A program made the position numbers and the translations under genes. A stretch of DNA of 64,000 nucleotides from Octopus sinensis (lineage: Eukaryota): positions 19,096,001 through 19,160,000 of the forward strand of contig NC_043018.1 of the NCBI RefSeq assembly GCF_006345805.1, read 5' to 3'. Below, one piece after another: positions 53,347-64,000 of this stretch. The notes below the pieces were generated by a model. It made no database searches. It had not been told where the DNA came from and saw only the letters and a list, made by a program, of their open reading frames with translations. How positions within the stretch are numbered: the stretch's first letter is position 1; every line of letters begins with the position of its first letter.

Positions 53347-53457
53347 TTAAAATGAGAATGACCGACCTTCATTAGTCCTCAACATGTGACAAATATGTTA
53401 CGTTTAGCAACTTTTCATCGTAGAATCTATTGATGTTTCCTTCTTTGCTATTTACAG

Positions 53458-53586
53458 GCAAACAGAACAACTGGCCACCACTGCCGAAATGGTTCCCTGT
53501 TGGACCTTGCTTCTACCAAGATTTCAGCGTTGATATTCCTCTTGAATTTCAGAAAACTGTAAAATTTGCTTACTACCTATGGATGT
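53458..53586 (+). CDS. SCAMP: SCAMP exon, [43 protein letters not shown]
   Basis: tatttacAG / GTgagt; 129 nt, phase 1/1; NNWPPLP...PCFYQD...IP is the SCAMP domain signature. Confidence 0.98.
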
Positions 53587-54284
53587 GTGAGTTTCCTTTT
53601 TTTTTTTTTTCTGTTTTTTAAGTTTTATTTTGTTGTTTGCGTGCATGTATGTACACAAGGGAACCACCCGAACTTCCTGACTTTGTGTTACATTTTGAAA
53701 CTGTTATTATTATTATTATTATTATTATTGAGTGAGAGAGCAGTGCGTGCCATCAAAGTGACACTGGGGTAAAATATACGAAGCCCAATATACCCATCAT
53801 GACTACCCGTCTGATAAGGGTACACCAGGCACATGCATCACAACCATATGTGCGCGACATGGTGATCTCATAAAAAGATAAACAGCACATGACCTTGCAG
53901 GTGGGGCCCAGTTAGAATTTTCTTCTGGTTGAGTAGCCCATCCCGCTCAAAAGGTCCCTGAATAAGGGTTGTTTAAGGATGTTGAAAGAACCATCCATGT
54001 TTCCAGAGGTGAATTATTCAAACCCCAAAGAATCCCTCTCAACACATGGCTATGATGCTCCCCCACTACTTCTGCTCGTGATCAGAGATGCACATATCGT
54101 CAGCCACTAAGGGACATGCTCAACTGGTTAAGGTCAAACAACTGACAAGCAAATCTGTTGTATTGAGCAGAATATTTGCTGTAGCCCATCTTTTATACCA
54201 AGACAAAACAATGTACATGATAACACTTCCAATCATTTAAGATCAGAAGCCATGAGCGCCACTGCCTGGTACTGCATCAGGGCA

Positions 54285-54317
<33 letters not shown>

Positions 54318-54319
54318 GT

Positions 54320-54660
54320 GAAGGCGCATGGCTCAGTGGTTAGAGCGTCGAGCTTACGATCGTGAGGTTGTGAGCTCGAATCCCGGACCGGGCTGCGTGT
54401 TGTGTTCTTGAGCAAAGCACTTTATTTCACGTTGCTCCAGTTCACTCAGCTGTAGAAATGAGTTGCGACGTCACAGGTGCCAAGCTGTATCGACCTTTGT
54501 CTTTCCCTTGGATAACACTGGTGGCGTGGAGAGGGGAGGCTGGTATGCATGGGCGACTGCTGGTCTTCCATAAACAACCTTGCCCGGACTTGTGTCTAGG
54601 AGGGCAACTTTCTAGGTGCAATCCCATGGTCATTCATGACCGAAGGGGGTCTTTACCCAT
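54320..54660 (+). mobile_element. tRNA-headed SINE (further family)
   Basis: GGCGCATGGCTCAGTGGTTAGAGCGTCG...CTCGAATCCC A/B-box-like head followed by a non-tRNA body. Confidence 0.75.
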
Positions 54661-56233
54661 ACCCTTATTATTATTATTGTTGTTGTTTGTTATATTACTG
54701 TTGTTATTGTTGTTGCTGTTAGTCTTTCGCTAAAGAAAATTTAGAAATATTATATTGTCCCAGCAATGCTAATGATTTGATCTTGACGTTTTGAGTAATG
54801 CAATTACCACCACTCCAATTCTAAAGATTTGGGGCAGAACTGTGAGAAACCAAGTGCTAGCTGTCATTGAATCCATTTACTAATTTATTAGTTTTACCAT
54901 CAGACATAGTGCCAAGTATTATGATGAATACAGCTGACATACATCCACAGCCTCATAAATGCAATTATGGATTTGTTAATTGAGTTATATTGATCAGTCT
55001 ATTGAAAATAATATGTTTATCATATAACGTTTTACAAAAGTGTCCTCCATCTGGCTATAGTGAGTGATACAGTTTTTATCAATTTGTAATATATGGGAGC
55101 TGTGTATTGATATAGGTTAAGGCTTAGTGGTTAGGGTGTTGAACTCACAGTTGATAAACCATGGGTTTGATTCCCTGGCTGGCTGGTGCAGTGTGTCCTT
55201 GAGTAAAAAAAAACTTCACTTCCCATTGCTGCTGTCCACTTAGCTGTAAATGGGTAACCCTGCAATGGAATAGCCATCTGATCAGAGGGAATGTTGGCCT
55301 GTTCACCTAGCCAGCAAGGTGGCATCATTCAAAAGCTAAGTGCATTGTGACCAGTGATGTTTACCAATGTCTGATAGTTTGGTTGATCATGTGATATTGA
55401 TATAAAGCAGGTGACCAACTATGAATATACTACGAGTGAGAAAGAGGTCAAACTATTGCTAAATAGTGCAGTCAGGTTCCGTAATGATGCTGCCAGGGAT
55501 GTGAAGGCCAGTCTGGAGCTAAATAGTTTAAATTCCTGGACTTCTGATCCTTACTTTTTGGTAAATAACCCAACCAGCAGCACGTTATTTTCTTCATTGT
55601 AAATCAAAATGCAATAAAAGAAATTTTTTCTTTTTAATATTTTACCGAAATTTAGAAATATTATGAAAGATAAATTTTAAATTAATTATTCAAATTGTAG
55701 TTGTCTTGTGTTGACTTCTGACATAGGTCCAAGGCCAGGATGTTGAGTGGGGTGGGGTTGCGGGTTGGTTTGTACTGACCACACACCACATGTTGCCACT
55801 ACTAAATAATTACTGTTCAAATATTAACGGATTGGCTTCATATAATCAAACTGCCTTTTTCCATTCTGGTTTCTGGTTTGGTCTCTCTTGATGTTTGTTT
55901 TATTGTTGTTATTATTAAGTCAGCGAGCTGGCAGAATTGTTAGCACTCCAGGCAAAAAAGGCTTCGTGGCATTTCGTCCGTCTCAATGTTCTGAGTTCAA
56001 ATTCTGCTGTGGTCAACTTTGCCTTTCATCCTTGATGAAATAAGTACCAGTCAAGTACTGGGGTCGATATGATCGACTTACTCCCTCTCCACAAATTTCA
56101 TTATTATTAAAAACAAAACCAAGATTTAGATAAGTTTTTTTAAAAAAAAAGGAAAAATATTAATTTTTTTTATTAATCTTATAATTAATCTTATAATTAA
56201 TCTTATAATTAATCTTTTTTTTCTTTTTTGCAG

Positions 56234-56393
56234 TGTATGTTTTTGTATTATTCTTAAATTTCCTTGGAAGTCTTGCTAATCTGGTTGCCAGAAGTGATGG
56301 AGCCAATACATTCGGATTTTCTATACTCTGGTTCTTATTATTCACTCCATGTTCATTTGTTTGTTGGTACCGACCCCTCTATAAAGCTTTCAG
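56234..56393 (+). CDS. SCAMP: SCAMP exon, TM1-TM2 and E peptide ([14 protein letters not shown]...[18 protein letters not shown])
   Basis: ttttttgcAG / GTgagt; 160 nt, phase 1/2; [11 protein letters not shown] is the SCAMP E peptide. Confidence 0.98.
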
Positions 56394-56643
56394 GTGAGTA
56401 AATACGTACCTGCCTATATTTGTGTGTGCGTGTGTGTGTGTGTGCATATGCTTTAATTATGATTTCAAATACGTTTTAATTATGATTAAAGGGAAATAAA
56501 AATATGATGTTGCTTATCTCTTGTTATTTGTCATGACAGGGAGGAGGCAGACTCCAGAAATGGCAAACCATTTGGGATGATTTCTGGGAGGTGTCTGGTT
56601 GGGAGGCATTGTATTTCTATTGAATTAGGGTAGAGTGAAAATA

Positions 56644-57029
56644 GTGGAGGCGCAATGGCCCAGTGGTTAGGGCAGCGGACTCACGGTCGTAGGATCGTGG
56701 TTTCGATTCCCAGACCGGGCATTGTGAGTGTTTATTGAGCGAAAACACCTAAAACTTCACGAGGCTCCTGCAGGGGGTGGTGGTGAACCCTGCTGTACTC
56801 TTTCACCACAACTTTCTCCCACTCTTTCTTCCTGTTTCTGTTGTACCTGTATTTCAAAGGGCCAGCCTTGTCACACTCTGTGTCACGCTGAATCTCCTCG
56901 AGAACTACGTTAAGAGTACACGTGTCTGTGGAGTGCTCAGCCACTTGCACTTTAATTCCACGAGCAAGCTGTTCCGTTGATCGTATCAGCTGGGACCCTC
57001 ATCGTCATAACCGATGGAGTGCTCCTTAA
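56644..57029 (+). mobile_element. SINE family C with 12-bp TSD
   Basis: TSD AGAGTGAAAATA at 56632-56643 and 57030-57041. Confidence 0.9.
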
Positions 57030-57060
57030 AGAGTGAAAATAAAAAAAATTGTGGAAATTG

Positions 57061-57314
57061 TAAATGCCTAAGGCCTAAAAATCTTGCTATATTTGATTAC
57101 TAGCAAAAATCCTGAAATTTCCGCTGAGATCAGTCAAGGGCATTTACTCCCTTAAACCCTACAAACTCCACTATTGTAAAAAAAATTTACAAAAATCCCC
57201 TATTTTTGGAGTTTGGGGGGGCTTGCGGGAGTAAATGCCCTTGATTGATCTCAGCAAAAGTTTTGCATTTTTCAAGTAATCAAATATAACAACATTTTTG
57301 CCCTCAAGCATTTT
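57061..57314. mobile_element. Foldback/MITE-like element with long imperfect inverted arms
   Basis: GCTGAGATCAGTCAAGGGCATTTACTCCC and GGGAGTAAATGCCCTTGATTGATCTCAGC; similarity extends outward (TATATTTGATTAC and GTAATCAAATATA). Confidence 0.7.
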
Positions 57315-57365
57315 CAGTTTATTAGAATGTCGGACAAAATGCCTTGTGGCATTTGTTTTTGCTCT

Positions 57366-57760
57366 TTCACTTGTTTCAGTCATTTGACTGCGGCCATGCT
57401 GGAGCATCGCCTTTTAATCGAGCAACTCCACCCCGGGGCTTATTCTTTTGTAAGCCCAGTACTTATTCTATCAGTCTCTTTTGCCGAACCACTAAGTAAC
57501 GGGGACATAAACACACCAGCATCGGTTGTCAAGCAATGCTAGGGGAAGAAACACAGACACACAAACACACACACATACATATATATATATATACATATAT
57601 ACGATGAGCTTCTTTCAGTTTCCGTCTACCAAATCCACTCACAAGGCTTTGGTTGGCCCGAGGCTATAGTAGAAGACACTTGCCCAAGGTGCCACGCAGT
57701 GGGACTGAACCCGGAACCATGTGGTTGGTTAGCAAGCTACTTACCACACAGCCACTCCTA
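57366..57760 (-). mobile_element. SINE family A
   Basis: Reverse complement of the family consensus. Confidence 0.9.
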
Positions 57761-58149
57761 CACCTATGGCTCTTTACATTTTCAGTTCAAATCCTGTTGA
57801 GGTCAACTTTATTTCATCCCTTCAGTGTCGGTAGAATAAAATACCAGTCAAATACTGGGGTTGTTGATATTGACTAACCCCCTCCCCTCAAATTTGCTGG
57901 CCTTGTATCTAAACGATTATTAGAACATTGGAAATTAATGCGTTACGATATTTCTGCTGACCTAAGATCAAGTCCCCTGTTGGTGGTCATCTTTGTCCTT
58001 CATCCTTCAAAGGTTGATCTCTCTCTAAGTATTGTGGGATTGATGTAACCATCAAACCCATGCCCCCTAAAATTTACCACCTTCTGCCTATATTCCAAAC
58101 TCCAGTCTTTTCCTTGTACTAAAGTTTTTTTTCTTCTTTTCTTTTCCAG

Positions 58150-58248
58150 GAGTGACAGCTCATTCAATTTCTTCATATTTTTCTTTGTATTCTTCTTTCA
58201 ATTTTGCACATGTGTCATCATGTCTTTGGGAATTCCAGGTTTCACAGT
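58150..58248 (+). CDS. SCAMP: SCAMP exon, TM3 (SDSSFNFFIFFFVFFFQFCTCVIMSLGIPGFTV)
   Basis: ttttccAG / GTgagt; 99 nt, phase 2/2; SDSSFNFF..FF follows the E peptide in SCAMPs. Later exons lie beyond the window or were not detected. Confidence 0.96.
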
Positions 58249-58269
58249 GTGAGTATGCTTCTGTTCTAC

Positions 58270-59400
58270 TTTTCTAATTCTTCTACCAAATATTGATCAG
58301 TCTTCTTCCTTCCTCATTTCATTCATTTTTCACCCTTCTTCCTTCCAATTCCATAATTCCTCTTCTGCCTTCCAATTCCATCATTCCTCTTCTTCCATCC
58401 AATTCCTTCACTTTTCAGTTCCTTCACTCTTCTCCCTTCCAATTCCTTCTCTCTCTCCTAATTCTTTTGCCCTCTTCCCTTTCAATTCCTTCGCCTTTCA
58501 TCCTCTCAGCTGCTTCCCACTTCAATTCTTTTGCCCTTTCTGCCTTCCAACTCCTTAACCCTTCAACTTCTTTGCCCTTTTCCCCTTCCAGTTCCTTCAC
58601 CCTTCTTCCTTCCAACTCCTTAACCCTTCAATTTCTTTGCCCTTTTCCCCTTCCAGTTCCTTCACCCTTCTTCCTTCCAACTCCTTAACCCTTCAATTTC
58701 TTTGCCCTTTTCCCCTTCCATTTCCTTCACCCTTCTTCCTTCCAACTCCTTAACCCTTCAATTTCTTTGCCCTTTTCCCCTTCCAGTTCCTTCACCCTTC
58801 TTCTTCCAACTCCTTAACCCTTCAATTTCTTTGCCCTTTTCCCCTTCCAATTCCTTCACCCTTCTTCCTTCCAACTCCTTAACCCTTCAATTTCTTTGCC
58901 CTTTTCCCCTTCCAGTTCCTTCACCCTTCTTCCTTCCAACTCCTTAACCCTTCAATTCCTTCACCCTTTTTTCTTTCCAGATCCTCCTCCTCCTGCCCTT
59001 TTTTCTTCCATTTCTTTCACCCTTCAACCTTTCAATTCCTTCGCTTTCTTCTCAGCTGCTTCCCCCTTTATTTCTTTTTCCCCTTTCTTCCTTCCAACTA
59101 CATAACCCTCCAATTCCTTCACCCTTTTTTCCTTCCAATTCCTTCACCCTTTTTTTCCTTCCAATTCCTTCACCCTTTTTTCCTTCCAATTCCTTCACCC
59201 TTTTTTCCTTCCAATTCCTTCACCCTTTTTTCCTTCCAATTCCTTCACCCTTTTTTCCTTCCAATTCCTTCACCCTTTTTTCCTTCCAATTCCTTTGTCC
59301 TTCTTCCTTCTGACTCATTCTCTCTTACTTTTCTTTCCATCATCACTTCTTCCCTTCCACATTTTCCTTCTCTTCTGTCTTTCTCCATCTTGTAATCTCC
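58270..59400. repeat. Pyrimidine-rich tract with 65-bp (x~6.5) and 25-bp (x~7) minisatellites
   Basis: CTCCTTAACCCTTC anchor every ~65 bp from 58551; CCAATTCCTTCACCCTTTTTTCCTT repeated 59110-59295. Confidence 0.92.
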
Positions 59401-60074
59401 AACTTTCATTTATTTCTTCACTCATTCAATGATGAACTGTTGTTATTGTTATCATCATCATTATTATTATTATTATTATTTATTTTCATTACTCTTATTT
59501 ATTATTATTTATTATTGTTATAAAGAAATCATTATTTCATTTTCATTATTTTCAATATTATTATCACCCTCACCATCACCGTCCTTCCTAGACTTAACGA
59601 TAGGCCCTAATTAACCTTGTATTTAGTATCAGCTGTTGTATATTTGTGTTTTGATTGTTTGATCTCAAAAGCTACTTACCTTCTGCTACCCAACAATACA
59701 GAAACACACGCACCCTGCCAAATTTATTCCCCGAATTGAATTTGGTTTAATTACACACACACACACATTCTTGCTCTCTCTTTCCCTCTCTTCTTGGATT
59801 TTAGAATTTGTTTCAAAAAATCAACAAAAAAAATCTATAAAACAACAGTTAATGTATATACCGGTAGAAACATTCTCTTTGGGTAGTTTTGTCTTAGTTT
59901 TTTTTTTCTTTTATGTTGTGAAAACAAAGAATGGAAAATTTGGTACATTATTTTTTTTTTTGCTATACGCGAAAAATATTTGCTTCATTTTGGCTAAAAA
60001 TCATTATTGCTCCAGCAATATTGTGGTAACAGCTTAAGTTAGACTGATGGGCAGGGAAGTGAATCTAAGTTTAA

Positions 60075-60368
60075 CCCTTTAGTGTTTAAACTGGCCATAT
60101 CCGGCCCAGATATTCTACATGTTTTAATATTCAAACTGACCAGATCAGGCCTCGTACCTAACCAACAATGTCATTCTAAAAATAAACAATCACATCATTG
60201 AAACCTCAAAGCTATAAGATAATGCATGACTATCATCATCATCGTTTAACGTCCGCTTTCCATGCTAGCATGGGTTGGACGATTTTGACTGAGGGCTGGC
60301 GAACCAGATGGTTGCACCTTTCAGTGAAAAAGTATTACATTTAACGGAGCAATCTGAAAACTAAAGGG
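60075..60368. mobile_element. TTAA-flanked MITE with internal family D fragment
   Basis: TTAA|CCCTTTTAG...CTAAAGGG|TTAA. Confidence 0.7.
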
Positions 60369-61082
60369 TTAAAGATGGAAACAGGGAAGTTTTCAAAACC
60401 CATCTCAACTACACACTTGTCTGGTCAAATAGATGCATCGTGGAGAAGGATGGAAAAAGTAAACTATTAGCTCCAAGAGAAAATCAAATACTGATGACCT
60501 TTTTTGGTCTTTATATGTGTATGTTGAGATGACTGGCGGGGTAATGATTCATAACTTATGACCAATATTGCATGTATTCAAGTCCATTTAACTGGTTGTA
60601 TCACAGTTCATTAGCTGGCTGTGTTGAGTTCAAATTCTGTGTATAAGGAAAGCATCTATGGTTCTGGGGCAGATTTATCATTTATCAGCTTGCTGCTGTA
60701 GAAACCAACATTGGATGTAAGTTCCAGACATTTGGATCTTATGTCCTCATCATCGTCGTCTAGCTTCTGTTTTCCATGCTGGCATGAGTTGGACAGGAGC
60801 TGGCAAGGCTGGAGGGCTGCCCAGGCTTTATTTGTCCGAGACAATTGATACAGAGATTTTATCACCAGGTGTGTGTGGGGGGTGCATTGTTGTAGCGGGA
60901 AGAAAGGGCTCATCATGTAAAGTTCCAGAAGTATACGATTGAGCAGGGTGGAGGTGGTAGTGGTGTGTAGTCTACATTAAGACAGAAGCTTTGGATAAAG
61001 AATGTTCCGTGTACGATGACGGATGGACTTTGATGTAAATCTTCGTTAAACATGCACTGAGTGAAAAGAATTCCATATTATA

Positions 61083-61462
61083 GGAAGCACTCCGTCGGTT
61101 ACGACGACGAGGGTTCCAGTTGATCCGAATCAACGGAACAGCCTGCTCGTGAAATTAACGTGTAAGTGGCTGAGCACAGACACGTGCACCCTTAATGTAG
61201 TTCTCGGAGATATTCAGCGTGACACAGAGAGTGACAAGGCCGGCCCCTTGAAATACAGGTACAACAGAAACAGGAAGTTAGAGTGAGAGAAAGTTGCGTT
61301 GAAGAGTACAGCAGGGATCACCACCATCCCCTGCTGGAGCCTCGTGGAGCTTTTAGGTGTTTTTGCTCAATAAACACTCACAACGCCCGGTCTGGGAATC
61401 GAAACCGCGATCCTATGACCGTGAGTCCGCTGCCCTAACTACTGGGCCATTGCGCCTCCACT
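61083..61462 (-). mobile_element. SINE family C with 13-bp TSD
   Basis: TSD ATTCCATATTATA on both sides. Confidence 0.92.
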
Positions 61463-61839
61463 ATTCCATATTATATTGAAAGCAGGAACCAATGAAATAG
61501 GCTGGTTTAAATGGTAAAACTGATAAATATAAATTTTATTTCAGAAAGAGAGAGAGAGAGAGGGCTACAAATGTATATGTACGCATTGTTTTACGTATAT
61601 ATAAGGTGTTATCAGAAAGTTACTGCACTGCACTTAAATGTGATTGAACTGTTGGCAGTTATTGGTGGCCAACCTTACTGAGTTCTGCAATTTTTACAAT
61701 GATGACAAATCCAAGCAGGGTTCCTGCATCAGAATTTGAATGAAGCACCGTGAGTGTGCTGTTGGAACCCTTGGGGTGTTTTGTAAGATTTGTGACTTGG
61801 GTTCTTTGAGTGTTATAGATTGGTTGGGTATCATTTTAA

Positions 61840-62059
61840 CCCTTTCAATACCAACCCGGCTGAACCCAGCTCTGGCTCTATAGTACAAATGTCTTGTTTT
61901 CATAAGTTTTGAATTAAAATCTTCCACCAAACCTTAGTCACAATTTATGTTCCTAACACTAGCTGAATGATAACTAAGTTATTTTACTAAATTCTTTATT
62001 ATATTTAAAGTAATTGAAAGAAACACAGAGCATCTCAACAGAATACGGTAACAAAAGGG
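61840..62059. mobile_element. TTAA-flanked MITE nested in the mariner
   Basis: TTAA on both sides; same family as 45686-45893. Confidence 0.85.
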
Positions 62060-62375
62060 TTAATCAATTTATGAAATTGTTGAATTTGTTGAATTTGTAA
62101 CAAAAGAGTTAAGATGATGAGCTTTCAAGGCAAGAAATCTGTCGTAAAATACCAGAAATGTGGGGGGAATTGTAAACTTCTCCCTTACAGAACGATCCAT
62201 CAGTTCTCTCAAATGGTTGGAATCTGTTACGATTCTGCCTGGAGAACCATATGGAATACCTGAACATGTATTGCATTGGTTTGAAGTTGGTCTCTCTTTG
62301 ACAAATGAGACAGTCTTCAAAAGTAGCTGTGTCTTCAGATGTACTTTAAGATTCATGGGAATGTTAATAGTGACA

Positions 62376-62705
62376 CCTTGGGCAAGTGTCTTCTACTATA
62401 ACCTTGGGCCGACCAAAGCCTTGTGAGTAGATTTTGTAAACGGAAACTGAAAGAAGCCTGTCGTATATATGTATACATATATATATTTATGCGTGTGTGT
62501 CTGTGTTTGTCCCCCTAGCATTGCTTGACAACCGACGCTGGTGTGTTTATGTCCCCGTTACTTAGCGGTTCAGCAAAAGAGACCGATAGAATAAGTACTG
62601 GGCTTACAAAAAGAATAAGTCCCGGGGTTGAGTTGCTCGATTAAAGGCGGTGCTCCAGCATGGCCACAGTCAAATGACTGAAATAAGTAAAAGAGTAAAA
62701 GAGAG
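62376..62705 (+). mobile_element. 5'-truncated family A SINE nested in the mariner
   Basis: Begins at GCACCTTGGGCAAG-like core; tail AAGTAAAAGAGTAAAAGAG. Confidence 0.85.
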
Positions 62706-64000
62706 AGTGACACTTAATCTTTTAGAATTATCACAGATGATGACATTTGGGTTTATAGTTAAATCTGAAGACAAAACAGCAATAAAGAACTTGCGGTGAT
62801 TAAAAACAAAGAAAGCAAAACAGATCCGCAATGCAATGAAAACCAGGCTCATCATGTTTTTAATGTCAAAGGTATCTTTCACCAATAATTTGTTCCTCCC
62901 AACTGTAGTGTGATTACCTGAGGTATTTGGCAGAAGATTCTCAATAAAAAAAATGCCCAAATCTGTGGTGTAATTACAGTTGGTTGTTGCAGCCTGGAAA
63001 CCACTTGCCCTTACCTTTATCTAGATGTAGTTTTTGACTGAAAACAAAATGGTTTTGCCACACACTCCGTATTCGCTTACCCTATCTCTCGGTGACTTCA
63101 CTGGGTTTCCAAAAACAAAACTGAAGATGAAGGGGTGTTGTTCCAACATGGTGGATGACACTGAAAGAGAATTGCTGGGGTACAATGTGGCCTTCAGGAA
63201 ATGGGGTTTCTGCAGTGCCTTTGAGGTGGGGAAGACATGTTGAGATTACTGTTTATGTCCCCAGGGGGACTATTTCAAAGAGGATCCATACCAAGCAGAA
63301 ATTAGATAAGAAATACATTATTTACTAAAACACAGCATTTCTTTTTTAAGATTTGGTCTGGGAACTTTCTGATACCACCTTATATATATTGACACATACT
63401 CTAGATGGGTACATATATACCTAGTACACACACAAACACACACACACACACACATGGTGTATAATGACCAAACTGTTTTCAGCATGCAGTTTTGTTGTTG
63501 TTTTTCGCTTTTTGTTGTTGCTTCTGTTTGTGTTGATGCAGTGTTTGTTATGTTCACTTATGTTTTTTTTTTACAGTGTGTCTTGTGTTTGCAGTTGGGT
63601 AGGGTCACCTCACGACTTGATTTATAGATTAATTTGGATTTTTAAGGAAGAATGAAAATGAGTGGCCTTGTCGTAAAATTTGGACGTACACCGTCTCAAA
63701 GAATTTTGCATTTGGCCATCTCATTACTTTCCTTTCTTTGTCTTCTAATTTTATATATATATATATATATTAAAATTAAGGATAAAATCTTTATAAGAAA
63801 TTATCAGTAGTTAGCGTGAAAAACCTCGTAAGAGAAAAAATTTGTAAATTTTTCCACTTTGAAAATATTTATTTATATTATATAGAGGGTACTATTATTC
63901 ATAGGTACCGCACGCTAGGAGGGACCAATGCGGCCATAACTACTAAAATAAACAAAATTTTACTGAAGGCAAAACTTCAAAGCAAGTCATTTAAATTCTG

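Larger units (their letters stand above)
61602..63382 (+). mobile_element. Decayed mariner (Tc1/mariner) transposon with two nested insertions
   Basis: TIRs TAAGGTGTTATCAGAAAGTT and AACTTTCTGATACCACCTTA flanked by TA; relic motifs ITDDDIWVY (~ITGDETWVY), KTRLIMF..KGIF, WLLQPGN (~WLLHHDN), PHTPYSLTL..GDF..FPK (~PHPPYSPDL) and QGDYF. Confidence 0.9.

Noticed and set aside
58293-58947. S/P/F/L-rich ORFs of 131 and 81 aa
   Set aside because: Translations of the pyrimidine minisatellite.
62069-62960. Minus-strand ORFs of 95-96 aa, one with a GIPYGSP resemblance to an RT motif
   Set aside because: Antisense readings of the decayed mariner transposase.
63594-63655. TTTGCAG acceptor as the possible next SCAMP exon
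   Set aside because: Translation does not resemble the expected GW...TM4 segment and hits a stop.

Overview
Eukaryotic, AT-rich, repeat-dense genomic DNA. The SINE and MITE families and the microsatellite load point to a cephalopod, most likely Octopus (inferred from repeat recognition, not proven). One protein-coding gene is supported: a secretory carrier-associated membrane protein (SCAMP) on the + strand. Six GT-AG exons (22843-22929, 37645-37797, 50498-50564, 53458-53586, 56234-56393, 58150-58248) splice in frame to 695 nt and carry an NPF motif, the coiled coil, the NNWPPLP motif, TM1-TM3 and the E peptide [11 protein letters not shown]. The first coding exon and the 3' exons were not found in the window. 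The rest is intronic or intergenic: several SINE families (some with TSDs, some in tandem arrays), non-autonomous Helitrons, TTAA-flanked and hAT-type MITEs, CR1, RTE and RLE-type LINE fragments, a decayed mariner, mini/microsatellites and a 100-N gap. The most striking non-coding feature is a perfect 145-bp inverted repeat at 47557-47865 inside a SCAMP intron. Each arm carries a recognisable type I hammerhead ribozyme fold, as expected of a Penelope-like or retrozyme-type element.
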